Source: Phoronis australis (taxonomy: Eukaryota > Animalia > Phoronida). Taken from it: 64,000 bases of DNA. The DNA is taken from positions 248,001-312,000 of the forward strand of contig NMRA01000337.1 in NCBI GenBank assembly GCA_002633005.1. Reading direction: 5' to 3'. Position numbers and translations under genes: made by a program. Positions 36,706 to 49,600 of this stretch are shown in pieces; the first letter of the stretch is position 1; every line of letters starts with the position of its first letter. The notes beneath the pieces are model-generated. The model was not told where the DNA came from and searched no databases. It saw only the letters and a list, made by a program, of their open reading frames with translations.

Positions 36706-37428
36706 CCGGGGAGACTGAAAGAAACCAAGTACGAAGTGTAGAATAAAAATCTAGTATCTGTGGTTTAAGCATGCCATAAGAATGAAATCAAAACAGCGAA
36801 ATGTCAGATTGCTGATGAAACTGAATTAATTTGGGTCAGGATTTTTCTTTTTTCACAACTTGCTATGTTTGTGATGTGCCAGACGCCGTGCAGCGTTATA
36901 ACATCATTAATTAAATAACAGTCATACGAACACAGACGTGCACCACAATCAGGATAAAAAACATGTTATGCCTTCGTTTTCCGTGGCACCTTTCTATGCT
37001 ATGTTCACCTTGATAATTCAATCTTATGGTGACTCCGTGAATGAAAGGACTGTGAATTGTGAGAAGTGCACAAGCCAAGGGGGAGATTCCATTTGAGTGA
37101 CAGCTCTGTAACCTTTAACATTGGATACCAAGTAAACAACTTTCTGGTAAACCTTTTTTTCTTGCTACACGGTATGTATTTCGTATTTGAAGTTCCCCAT
37201 GAAATATCGCAAAAAGGGCCAATTTTTGCGAATAAATTTACAATATTGTTAACAAATCAGTGTGTATGCTGCAAATATCTTTTAATTATTTGCTCGTTTC
37301 AGTCCATACATAATTTGAAAACCCAAAATTCTGGATTAGGTCTTTTATAAACATTTGTAAATATAAAAGCACATATCAAGTATCTTACAAAATAAAGTTC
37401 TATTTTTGCAAACCAAACCATGGCGAAC

Positions 37429-37678
37429 CTACTTTCCAAGTGACTTCATAAAGCCATCTAAATCATATTCAGTCTCGTATTGTTTTTCATCCCAAAGTTC
37501 ATCTAAATTTTCCAGGACAGATTTACAACTGTCTCTTGCATCCATCTTGGTTGTCTTCTCTTTTCCACCAGTGTCCAGTGTGAACAAGTCCAAAAGCTGG
37601 CTGGTTCCCATAGTTTTGAGACTGGAGTTCTCTTGACTGATCACCGTGTTGGCAATATTTAACTTGAACTTTTGGAGC
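37429..37678 (-). CDS. BTAF1: BTAF1 last coding exon
   Basis: [20 protein letters not shown]...[28 protein letters not shown]. Confidence 0.95.
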
Positions 37679-40600
37679 CTACAACAGATGACAGATTTAC
37701 ATCATGACCATCAGGACAATGGCTATTTGACATTTTACATTCTACTTAATATGTGGAAACTTAAGACAAGTTCTATAATTCTGTGCTCGACTAAATTACG
37801 CTTTACATGGATGACTATATTCTTAATTTGGACTTGATGACCTCAGCAGGAATGCTATAAGTTTGAGTCTCAACTCGAAATTTCGAGTTTCTACTTGGAT
37901 TTGTTCCTTAAATTTATGGGTCATCAAATGCAAGCTTGGATTAGACAAACATCAGCAGTAAGCAAAATACTCAGGCACAGAAAAAGAGAGATTGATCTTG
38001 ATATCATAAGTAAAATCTATTATGGAAAAAATTAAACATAATTTCTGAATCAATTTAGAGTTCAAAGACTACAGAGGCTTAAAACACTCTCAGAAAATGA
38101 CTTCGCTAAATGTGGTCTCCCTTCATTTTACAGAATTCAAAACGATAACATACAAATTTATGTAATGTTAACATGGAGAAAATAAATTCAGGTACATCAT
38201 GATATCATTATTGGTTCAGAAACGTCATGACAGCACTACTGGTTCAGGTACATCATGACATGACTATTGGTTCAGGTACACCATGACATGACTGTTGGTT
38301 CAGGTACATCATGACATGACTATTGGTTCAGGTACATCATGACATGACTATTGGTTCAGGTACATCATGACATGACTATTGGTTCAGGTACATCATGACA
38401 TGACTATTGGTTCAGGTACGTCATGACATCACTATTGGTTCAAGTACGTCATGACATGACTACTGGTTCAGGTATGTCATGACATCACTATTGGTTCAGG
38501 TACATCATGACATCATTATTGGTTCAGGTATGTCATGACATCACTATAGGTTCAGGTACGTCATGACGTCACTATTAGTTCAGGTATGTCATGACATGAC
38601 TATTGGTTCAGGTACGTCATGACATCACTATTGATTGAGGTAAGTCATGATATCACTGTTGGTTCAGGTATGTCACGACAGCACTATCGGCATCAAATCA
38701 ACTCACCCCATAATTTTTTCTTCCAAAGTTCCTCTTGTAATCAGTCTGTAAACATTCACAACTTTCTTCTGTCCAATACGATGTGCCCTATCCATGGCCT
38801 AAATGAAGCACAACCAATTGTATCATTCATCCAGTGATTGTTAGCAATGAACACACAGTACAAGCCATAAATGAGCATGCACACAAAATGTCCCTCAATT
38901 TCCCATCATGGTGGCCGATACAGGTGAAATTCTCCATAACAATGGCTGAGTGGAAGTGGAATCCATGACAAAAACAAGCTGGAATAATGAGTCATTACTT
39001 ATTGTGACATGAAAATAGAATTTTGTGCCATTATTTTGGCACATACTGTGTACCTCTACTAGATCCAAAATCATAATACAGGCATTCGTATTTCACAAAT
39101 GAGGTAATTTGACCACTAACAATTTGAATTTGAAAAAACTGCCAACGCAGCACCAAGAAAAGAAAATACCTGCAAATCCTTCATGGGGTTCCAGTCATGT
39201 TCCACAAATATAACCGTGTCTGCCCCCGTCAAGTTGAGCCCCAGACCCCCCACATGGGTGGTCAGTAGAAGTACGTCTATAGACGGGTCACCATTGAACC
39301 TAAAGAGAGCGCACAGTGAGTAAAGGTGTATGTCATTTATGTTCCTGTGACCTGTAACGTGCTGTTAATTGCTCCGTGTTTCAAGAGAATTGCAAAGTCA
39401 TAACCGTTCTAATTGATGTATATTTGGGTTCCAACTAAAGCTTTAATGTCGAAGGATCTGATGAGTGGACTGCCACAGAACTGTGTTTTGTGGTTTTACT
39501 GTATTTTGTCACTGAACTTTGTGAGTATCGATGAAAATTTTTTGCTGCCATACCGATATCCTGCTGTGTACCCTTCCCAAGGATATTCCTGGTTGCTATT
39601 CAAGGTGCAGCATTCAGCTGAACAGAACTCAGCAGGTGATAACCCACTGCATTGCTACTGCTATGTATTTGGGACAATTGCATTGTTTCCCGCATTATGT
39701 CTATCCATGTTTCCAACCAGAGATGCACCATAACAATGTAATTGACTAGCATGAGGCTTTTAATGTGGGACTCCCCCTAGTCACTGATTCTGCTACCAAT
39801 AACAGTGAGGTTCTTTACGGTCCTGGACAGAAAGATGACATAGCTGCAACCACGGAAAGGTGGCTCAAACCAGACCACGTCCCGGCTCTCAATGGTTTCC
39901 CTGATTTCTTTAATTTTAGTGACTCGTTGTTCACAACCGAGAACATTAATGAATCATCCCCGTCAATCTCTGGCAGTATCCTGAGTGACCATGGTCCCGA
40001 TATTCTATCTGATTTAAAATACACCAAAGGTCTCCGTATTGGACACCTTAATATAGTGTCGCTAACTGACCGAATTGATGATCTGCGTTTTATTATGAGT
40101 CAAAAACCCATCGATATTCTTTGCTTGAATGAAACACGGCTCTCTTCTATCATCGATGATTCTGAGATCGCCATCGACGGCTTTGAATTGAATAGGAATG
40201 ACCGTAACAGGAAAGGTGGTGGTGTTGCCATCTACACGAAAGAAGAACTAACTAGCTGTCAGCTCCAGCACCATGACGAACAGGTGGAGTCGCTCTGGGT
40301 TGAGATTGATATTCCTAAATCGAAGAATTTGATTATTGGTTCAGTCTACAGACCACCCTCTGCAAACGCAGAATACACAGAAAAATTGACTGATCATTTA
40401 AAAAATATTGTTCATAATCAAGCTCACACCAGCAAAGATTTTATTGTTACTGGTGATTTTAATTATGATGTATTGTGTAAGAAGACAGTGAGTAAGATTA
40501 GGGCATGGGAACGAGAGTTGGGTATGAAGAATATTATTAACGTGCCCACAAGAGTTACCGACAAAACTTCCACATGCCTTGATCTTATTCTTGTATCAAA

Positions 40601-43600
40601 CGTTGACAAAGTTTTTACATTTGATAGTATACCCATTGGGATTAGTGATCATAATCTTGTATTCACATCGTATAAGACTTGTCGCCCTAGGTTTCCGCCA
40701 CGTATCATTACCAAGCGTTCATATCGCACCTTCGATAACGAAGACTTTCTCAGAGATCTACAGGCGATTGATTGGGGCGCCGTTACCACCGCTGTTGACC
40801 CCGATGCCGCTTGGACGATTTTCAAACAAAGTTTCATTAGAGTAATTAATAATCATGCCCCCGTAATCCAATTGAAATTAAAGGGCAAATCACCCGAGTG
40901 GTATAATGATAACCTCATAGCTCTCTCTCGCAAGAGAGATTACCTGAAGCGAATAGCTCAGCGTACTCGAAATTCATCTGACTGGGGTATCTTTAAGAAA
41001 GCTAGAAATAAGGTAAACAATGCTCTTAAACGGGCTAAGGCCGATTATTACGACCAAGTTATTAATGAAAACAAATCTAACGGGAAAACTCTCTGGAAAA
41101 TCATAAAATCAATTTTACCTAACAAGTCCAAGTCTGTCGCAAATGAATTTAGAATTGGAAACGATTTTGTTTCGGACAAAAGGAAAATAGCAAATGCATT
41201 TAATGACTTTTTTACTGGCATCGGCCAAAAACTTGCTGAGAATTTCACTATGTCAACTATTGAGCTCCCACCCAAGAAACAAGAGGGAATATCATTTAAG
41301 TTTCAAGACATTCAAGTTGACTACGTCCGAGAACAAATAAAAACTTTGAACTCTAGTAGTGCCAGTGGCATCGATAGCATTGATGCCAAACTATTAAAAC
41401 TGGCGTCTCAACAAATAGCTGAGCCCCTTACCAACATCATGAATTTAAGTTTAAAAACGGCCACAATTCCTAGAGAATGGAAGATGGCAGTTGTTACTCC
41501 TGTTTTTAAAGATGGTGAAAAGTCAAGTTGCGAAAATTATAGACCAATATCGGTCCTCCCTGCAGTGTCCAAAATTCTTGAAAGGTGTGTTCAAAAGCAG
41601 CTTCACCAGTTCCTGGAGCAAAATTCCCTTCTCTCGGCAGCACAGTCTGGTTTCCGCCCCTTGCATTCCACTCTTACTACAAATATTCATGCTACTGAGT
41701 TTATCTTTAATAATATGGATCAGGGGAAGCTAACTGGTGCTGTCTTTGTTGACCTTAAGAAAGCCTTTGACACTGTGGACCATGGTATCCTATTGCAGAA
41801 ACTAGAGTCATATGGAGTTAATGATAACGAACTCCTTTGGTTTAGAAACTACTTATACGACCGTAAACAGGCCACCAAATACGGTGGTATACTTTCTGAC
41901 TACTCAACCGTAATCACGGGGGTACCTCAGGGTTCCATTTTGGGCCCTCTATTATTCACTATTTTTGTTAACGACCTCCCTACGGTCCTCCACAACAGTG
42001 TCCCAGTTTTATACGCTGATGACACTGCAATTATGTCCACAGCTGGATCGGTTAATGAACTCGAAACTTCTCTCAACAATGAGCTAGCCATTATCCATGA
42101 CTGGCTGATTCAAAATAAACTCACTCTTAACGTTAGTAAAACCAAGTCGATGCTGTTTGGAACCCACCAGAAATTAAAGCAACAAAAACTATCCCTTTCT
42201 ATCAACGGTTCTCCCATCGAGAATGTTGACAAGTTTAAGTACTTGGGCCTTATTTTAGATCCCAATCTTAAATTTAATATGCACATAGATCATATCACAA
42301 AGAAATTATCAAAGAAAATCGGTGTACTTAAACGTCTAGGCAAATTTCTTAATGTCCGTACCCTTAAGACCCTTTACCATTGTATTATTCAGCCTCATAT
42401 TGATTATTGTTTACCGGTTTGGGGGCACACTAGTGACACACTTGTAAACAAAGTCCAAGTAATCCAAAATAGAGCCGCCAGGGCTATCCTGGGTACTAAA
42501 ATTAGGGACACTAGGGTTGACGACTTGTACTCCAAGCTGGGATTTATGAAAGTAAGACAAAGAAATAAATATCTCTCTGCCTGTTGTATATACAGATGTA
42601 TCAATGGCTTGGCTCCAGCATATCTCAGCAGTAAATTCAATAGCAGTCAGGCTGTTTATTCTACACGTTCTTCTGTTGCTGGCAATGTTTCTTCTAAAAA
42701 AATTAAAACCGAGACTGGCAAGAGATCTTTTATCTATGCAGCTGCTATAATATGGAATTCTTTTAGCCCAGAAATTAAACGGTCCAACTCAATTACTACC
42801 TTTAAAGTTAATGTTAAAAAGTGGCTGTAATTTACTTAACCTTTTATACCCTGCCTGTCTTAATCATGTCATTTTTTCATTGTCGTAAATACTCTCATTG
42901 TCTAGAGTCATCTCTTAATTTATTTCATCTGTCTTAGTTAATTTTTTTTTTTACCATTATTTGTCATTTAGTTATTGTCTTAATTCTCAACCTTAACTGT
43001 TTTAATTGTATCTTTGTAACGTATATTTCATTGTTGTTTTATTACTTCATTGTATTATATTACACTGTTTTTCTTGGTGAGGGCCCTCTTGGAAAGCAGT
43101 GCTGTCACTGAAGAGGCCACCCTCATTTTAAATATCACAACAATAAATAAATAAATAAATGTCTGTTTTACAAATCTGCATAAAGATGAAATGACAGTAG
43201 CATAGTTTGATATCGTTTTTCTGTTCTGCAAACTCACACATGACGTGCTACAATAGAAGCCCAACAGCATTTTCAGTGAAAACAATGGTAAAAAGTGATC
43301 AGTTTATGATATATGGAAAAGGAAAATGGTACCTACAATGACACAAATAATGTAGCGGAAAGACAAGGACCAAAAACAGTGTGGGAACTGGAGAAGACGG
43401 GTAATAATCATCCTATTACTAGCAACCGGAAAAATAACATTTACAGGACACCATTTTCATGTAATTTTCAGTTAGTTGTCACGACACTTGACCACTGTTA
43501 TCAACATACCTGGAAACGATGGAATATCTGTCACCAGGGGTTACGGCACCATCCAGTCGTAAGTAGGTAACGCTTGGCATTGCTTTACTGAAGAAACAAA

Positions 43601-46600
43601 TTAATAATTCTTAACAAATACTGAACACAACTGTCAACCGCATTGATACTAAAACAAGACTCCCTTCATGACTACCTGTAGATGTAGAGGATGATGGAAA
43701 ACAAAAGTCCATACAAAAAAGAAAGACAAATCAACACGTTTATACACATATCCATGTCAGCTCATTATTGCACACAATAACTATCTATAAACACCCAGAC
43801 AAATTAACACCCTTCACAAGTGCTCAGCTAATAACTATCCATTAAATCTGCACAGCAGCAATAGCTTAAAACTAACACTTACTTGAGCAAATCTTTTTCG
43901 ATTAAATCCAGCATGCTCTTCAGTTGACAAAAAATTAACACTCTGTGTTGATTGACAACTGGGGTGGAGCTGTCTGTGGCCCCTCCCACTCCACAGTCCA
44001 ACAACAACTGCCTACAAAGCATTTCCAAAACAGCATTTAAATCTATATGTGAGCAGAAATCAAAGTGAGTGAGACGATCATTAGCACTAAAGTTAAGTTT
44101 CATGTTTAATGGGCTGTCCTGTAAAAACTAATAAATCTTCCCTTTTTAAAGGAAACAGCTCATAAATGCAGTGAGGTCTGTAGTGGGACACAGATTAGTG
44201 CAGGAGTATTCCAGGCCCAATTTAGAGTGCTTCTTCATCATGGTGCTAAATGGAAATGCACGATTCATTTGCTAGTAGATAGCACCTGATAGAACATCAC
44301 TTCAGACAACAGCACTCAAGCTTATGACAACAAAAGGCAAGTGACTAATGGTAAAACCTGTTTACTGCAGGCTGATGTGAACTCACCGGAGAGCTGACAG
44401 TTTGGCAGCGTGTTGAATGTGGTGTAGTGATGTGTCTTGTCTCCTTAATTGTTCACATAGCTCATCATACTTAGGGTGTTGAGGTGTTAAAACCAAGGCA
44501 GGATGGTTACACACTTTACGCAGATATTGTAGTGCCTGCAGATATGAAAAATGAAACACATTTCATTAAACAGACCTCAAACCCACATTTCAGACAACAT
44601 GGAAACACTGAGAGTTCAGATAATTTCTCATATTAAATAGTATGAATCCTAATTAATTGTAACAGCTCACAACACTATTTTTCAGCATTAATTACATATT
44701 TTGCAACACTTCTTAAATTTATTAAGCCACAGGACTGCAAACAACCTCCAAGCAGTACTGATACAACACTATCAGAGTTAAAGAACTGCTTGAACAAACG
44801 GAAGTTAACATCCATTCAGTACCTATTTAAGAGATAAATTATAATGACCCCCTACAGGATCATTTTTGCATTGCTGTAAACTAAAGTGTCACCTTTTGCC
44901 CATTGTCGAACTCACTGTCTAGGATACTATATCTCCACATGATTTTCTGTGCCATTAAATTTCAATCCTTGTGATTTTATTGCTATTGGGTGTTTTTATC
45001 AACTAACATGTTACCCTACCCGGAATATATGAGTAGTCTGATGTTTTTATCAACTAGCATGTTACCCTACCTGGAATATATGAGTAGTCTGATGTTTATC
45101 AACCTTCTTTAGCCCTTTGCCAGCCAGAGTGTTGACGCTTGTCTGTACACTCTTCTTCGCCCTCGATTCAGCAAAGTCTTCATACAGTTGGGCCTGAAGA
45201 TGATACAGGTTCAACATGTAAGAGTACAAAACATTACACCCGAAAAGCGATAATGGAAATGTGAAATCTATCTCCAGACTTAGGAGATGCAGGAAGTCCT
45301 TCTTGGGTTACATAAGACTTGAGAAAAGTGTCTAAATTTGGCTGATTTTGGAACAACATATCTCAAAAATGGCCAATCTGATTCATATGAAACTTTCAGA
45401 TACAATGCATTTTTATCCAAAACGTTGTTGGGATTGTATTAAAACTTTTGTACTATTTCATAAGAGATTAACAAAAGTTGCTTAAAAAGAAAAAGCAGTG
45501 ATAATTAAGAAAACTGTAACTGCATTTTAGAGGCATCACCAACATTAATATCACATGAAATTTGATATCAAGGACACCGTTGTTTTTTTAAGAAAGTACC
45601 TTTTACAGTAAATTTTACTAAAAAGACATGGTCATGTGACCCAATTGATGAGAAACTGGTAAAAATTCAAAAAACAAATTCTACTTTCAGAAAACACTTT
45701 TACTTGTCAATTAGGTCCTACATAACTTTAAATGGTCTGAGGATGTATCATTGATGATGGTGTAATGTGATTATCATATGATTATGTATCATTAATGATG
45801 GTGTGATGTATCATATGATTATGTATCATTGATGATGGTGTGATGTATCATTTGATTATGTATCATTGATGCTACTGTGATACATATGATTATGCATGGC
45901 TAAAGTCTCCCTCCATGAGATGCATCCATATAAATCTATAAGTGAGTCTAGAAACTGGTTATCTAAGTTAGTGACCTCCAACGTTCCACTGGAGAGATTA
46001 AATAACACAAAACTTAGCCAATTTATCAAGTGTTAGACATGGAAAGTAGTAACTTTTCAACTGAACAAAAACAAAAAATCAAAAGAAAGAACTAATCAAT
46101 TTTTAATCAAAAATATTGTATTATCATTAAAATTTTTGGGATATGTTGATGAGTTATTAGTAAAACAATATCGGTCATGAACAATTAAACTAGGAATTAA
46201 AATGATTCGTTGATAATTATTAACACCTGTGAACAACAAGCACAACATCTCACCTGAAGTGGACTAAGATCACAGTAATAATCCTGGATGATCTTTGGTG
46301 GTAAGTCTTGTAACACGTCCTCCTTCAGTCGACGCAGAAGGAATGGCAACACCTGTCTGTGTAATGCTTCCATGGCTAGGGCACCTGAATGATGCATTGT
46401 GGGAAAATGAAGCATTTTGGGATATGGTGGAGACTGCTAAGTACCAAAGAGCTTCTAAAGATTGTAACTGACCCAAGCTAGAGCACCTGAATAACTCTGT
46501 ATGGGATACGGTAATGCTTCCATGGCTAGAGCACCTGAATGATGCATTTGGGACATGGTGAAGACTGGTACATACCAGAGCTTTTAAAAGTTGTAACTGA

Positions 46601-49600
46601 TCCAGGCTAGGGCACCAGAATGATGCATTATGAGACATGGCTCAAATCTATGTGTGTGATTTTGACAACCAGTTTTATTTGATCAAACACAAATTACAGT
46701 AAAATGCTGCCAATTTCGGAAAAAAGATATAAGTACAAAAATTGGCATTTTCACATTTTTCCAAAGGCTCCTGACATTGTCGTGAATGTTCACAATTTCT
46801 CAAAACAGTTTCTGTTGGTAGCTAGTGTCTAGAAATTGCAAATCATGCTGAAATTTTCCTAAATTTGGAGCATCATATCTCAGAAATGATTGATCAGATT
46901 AAAGTGAAATTTTGAGATACAATGTTTTACACAGTGTTCTCCCAAAAAAATGGTCAATGTTTTGATACCACTGTTTTGCTATCAAATGAATGTAATTTTT
47001 TTTGCTTAATTTTACTAAAAAGCATAGTCACATGATCCATAGGCCGGTGCCGCAATGAAGTGTCATCATGTGATCTCAGTGTATGATTTTTTTATCATTC
47101 TAACGTATTTTTATCCCATTTTACCAATTAAAGTTGCGTTTAATGCGGTTAGGGAGCAGTCACACCAGGTCACGGCTTGAAACTACTTGTTTAAATTAAA
47201 TTCTCTGGCTTTAAACATGTACATAAAACAAAAAAAAATATTTGAACCTGTTTAGACCTGATATGTATAATGAAACTTCTGTTAATATCCTTTATTATAT
47301 TCTTGATCAACGTTAAGTCAGTTGGATTGGCGTTAGCCAGTACAGCAGACAATTTATTTATCCATTCCATGCAGACGACTACTGAGACAAACCAGACTGG
47401 ACTATAGTTCAATAAACTATTGACTATTTTGTGCAATATAATTAACATTGTATGACCCCTTTTGTAAATGCGAACACAATAATATGAATATAATATACAG
47501 TTTCTCCACTCATTTCATCAGTGTTCACAGGCGCTTCGCCTTTTTAGAAAACCGCAATGTTAAGGTAGTTGGCTGGCCCCCGACAGTATTTTCGGAGAAC
47601 TAGGCAGTATCGAATGACCGTCAGGTCAGTAAGCGAACGAGAGGAAGGAAGGGGTTAAAATGATTAGGTTTAACAAAGGGAAAAGTTCACAACTGAATTT
47701 TGAATTACTGTTTTTCCCATTTGATTCACAAACATGGACAGTAACCATGTAAATTGTGTATTGCGTAGTCATTTTTATACTCACAGTTTTTGTGCAGCGG
47801 TGAAATATCCCATCAGAATTAGTTGTGCGGCGGTCAATTTGGACAAGATTACGAGTGGCGGTGCCAAAAAGGAGTGTGGCTGGCCACCAAAATTTTTACA
47901 CGCAGGGAAAACACTGACCTTGTCTGCCATATTGTGTCTTAAATTGGTGAGGTTTTAATGACTTCACGAACTTTTAGCACTTACTTATTCCAAACAGTTA
48001 CCTGCTTCTTGCTCAGCTGATGAACTCTTGGCATCTCTGCTCTGTAGAATGGGTCGGCCATATCTGGCTGCAAACTGCTTCTCTGTGCCGAGGAAGCCTG
48101 GCATCAGAAAGTCAAACAGGGACCATAACTCCAACACATTGTTTTGGATGGGAGTTCCAGACAGAATCAGACGGTGGTTACAACTGAGTTGTTTTACAGC
48201 CTTGGAGAGCTGAAAATATGGATGACGAGAAGCAGTGGTAAGGCCAAAACTCGACTGATATGTATACATATGCACATCAAAAAGCATATCAGTGATAAGG
48301 CCAACACTGGGCTGATATGCATAAATATGCACATCAAAATGCATATCAGTGATAAGGCCAACACTGGGCTGATATGCATAAATATGCACATCAAAAAGCA
48401 TATCAGTGATAAGGCCAACACTGGGCTGATATGTATAAATATTTAATGGAGTAATTTAATGTAACATCATTTTCAAAATCTGTTGGTCTATTTACGCTAA
48501 CATCTAACCTATCTACATTCAAATGACACAACATTTTGGCCGGTCATTTCTCTGGCCATCTTCATGAGGGTACAATACATCCATGCTTGTTCTTCTAAGA
48601 ATGTTATAACACCTGAAGATGACCATAGAAATGACCGTCATGCCAAAATAAATAGGCCAGAGTTTGGTGTAAATAGGCCTGAGTTTGTTTTTAAAAGGCA
48701 AACAGATCTTAGAAATCATCACCACATCAAAATGGTTATTGGAAGAAAGTTAACACAAGTGAATCGTAGAGTAATTGTTTAAATTATGAGCAAACACGTT
48801 GCATATTAAAGTTATAATGCCAAGGTGGCATCCATCAACTTTATTTTTAGTTCACAAAACATAATTTTAGAATAACTTTTTCATACTGAACAGAAAATTT
48901 AAGGACAATGACAAGCCTCTAACACTGAGATTTAAACGAAGTAATTCAAATTTACAATGTGTGATGTTTGTTGTAGTTTTAACATCACAAGCTACTACCG
49001 TATTCGCCCTAATAAGTGCCCATGCCCCTATAAGCGTCCCCCCACAAGTTTTCAGACTTTGCTAAAATAAGCGCCCAGTCCATGAACACCGTGTACATGC
49101 GAAAAATGCCTTACTTACAGTTCTAAAATTTTACAGTACTGTAATGTCTTCAATTTATCAATAAGATCCGATAGTCCTGAAAAAATCATCGTGCGCGGAA
49201 TTTGTAGACCATGAGCCTCACCGCCATGTCAGTATTTAGCCGTGACTATACACTTCAAACTTCCGCTGTGCTTAAAAAAGAACGCAAAAGTTTTGCAGAT
49301 CTTGCGAGGGACGTGTCCTATTATGGTCTGGCCTTCCAGAACAGACGCAGCGTACTTGTCAAAGGGATTGTCAATTGTATCTTTCCTGTACAGATCTTTT
49401 CCCTCAACAGGAAACCAAATTTCTTTATATATTTAAAAACCGTGAATCGAAGATTAATAAAAACTTGACCTTTGTTAAAAGTACGTGGCCTGGAAGAGCG
49501 CGCTACGTACAAGTACCTGTCATCGAAGGTTAGTCTTCGGGAATTATCTATTCCTGAAACATGTAGCATAGCATCGGCAAGAATTAAATACTGGCACTTG

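Noticed and set aside
38187-38690. 28-bp (and 32-, 44-bp) arrays as CRISPR repeats
   Set aside because: Units are contiguous with no unique spacers, there are no cas genes, and the context is eukaryotic introns.
46932-47916. hAT-like element with CAGTGTT(C/T)TCCC inverted ends
   Set aside because: No matching 8-bp TSD; the ends may belong to separate decayed copies.
47985-48446. ORFs extending through the 57-bp repeat as a repeat-containing protein extension
   Set aside because: Unit length is a multiple of 3, so frames stay open; the BTAF1 match begins at the acceptor at 48209.
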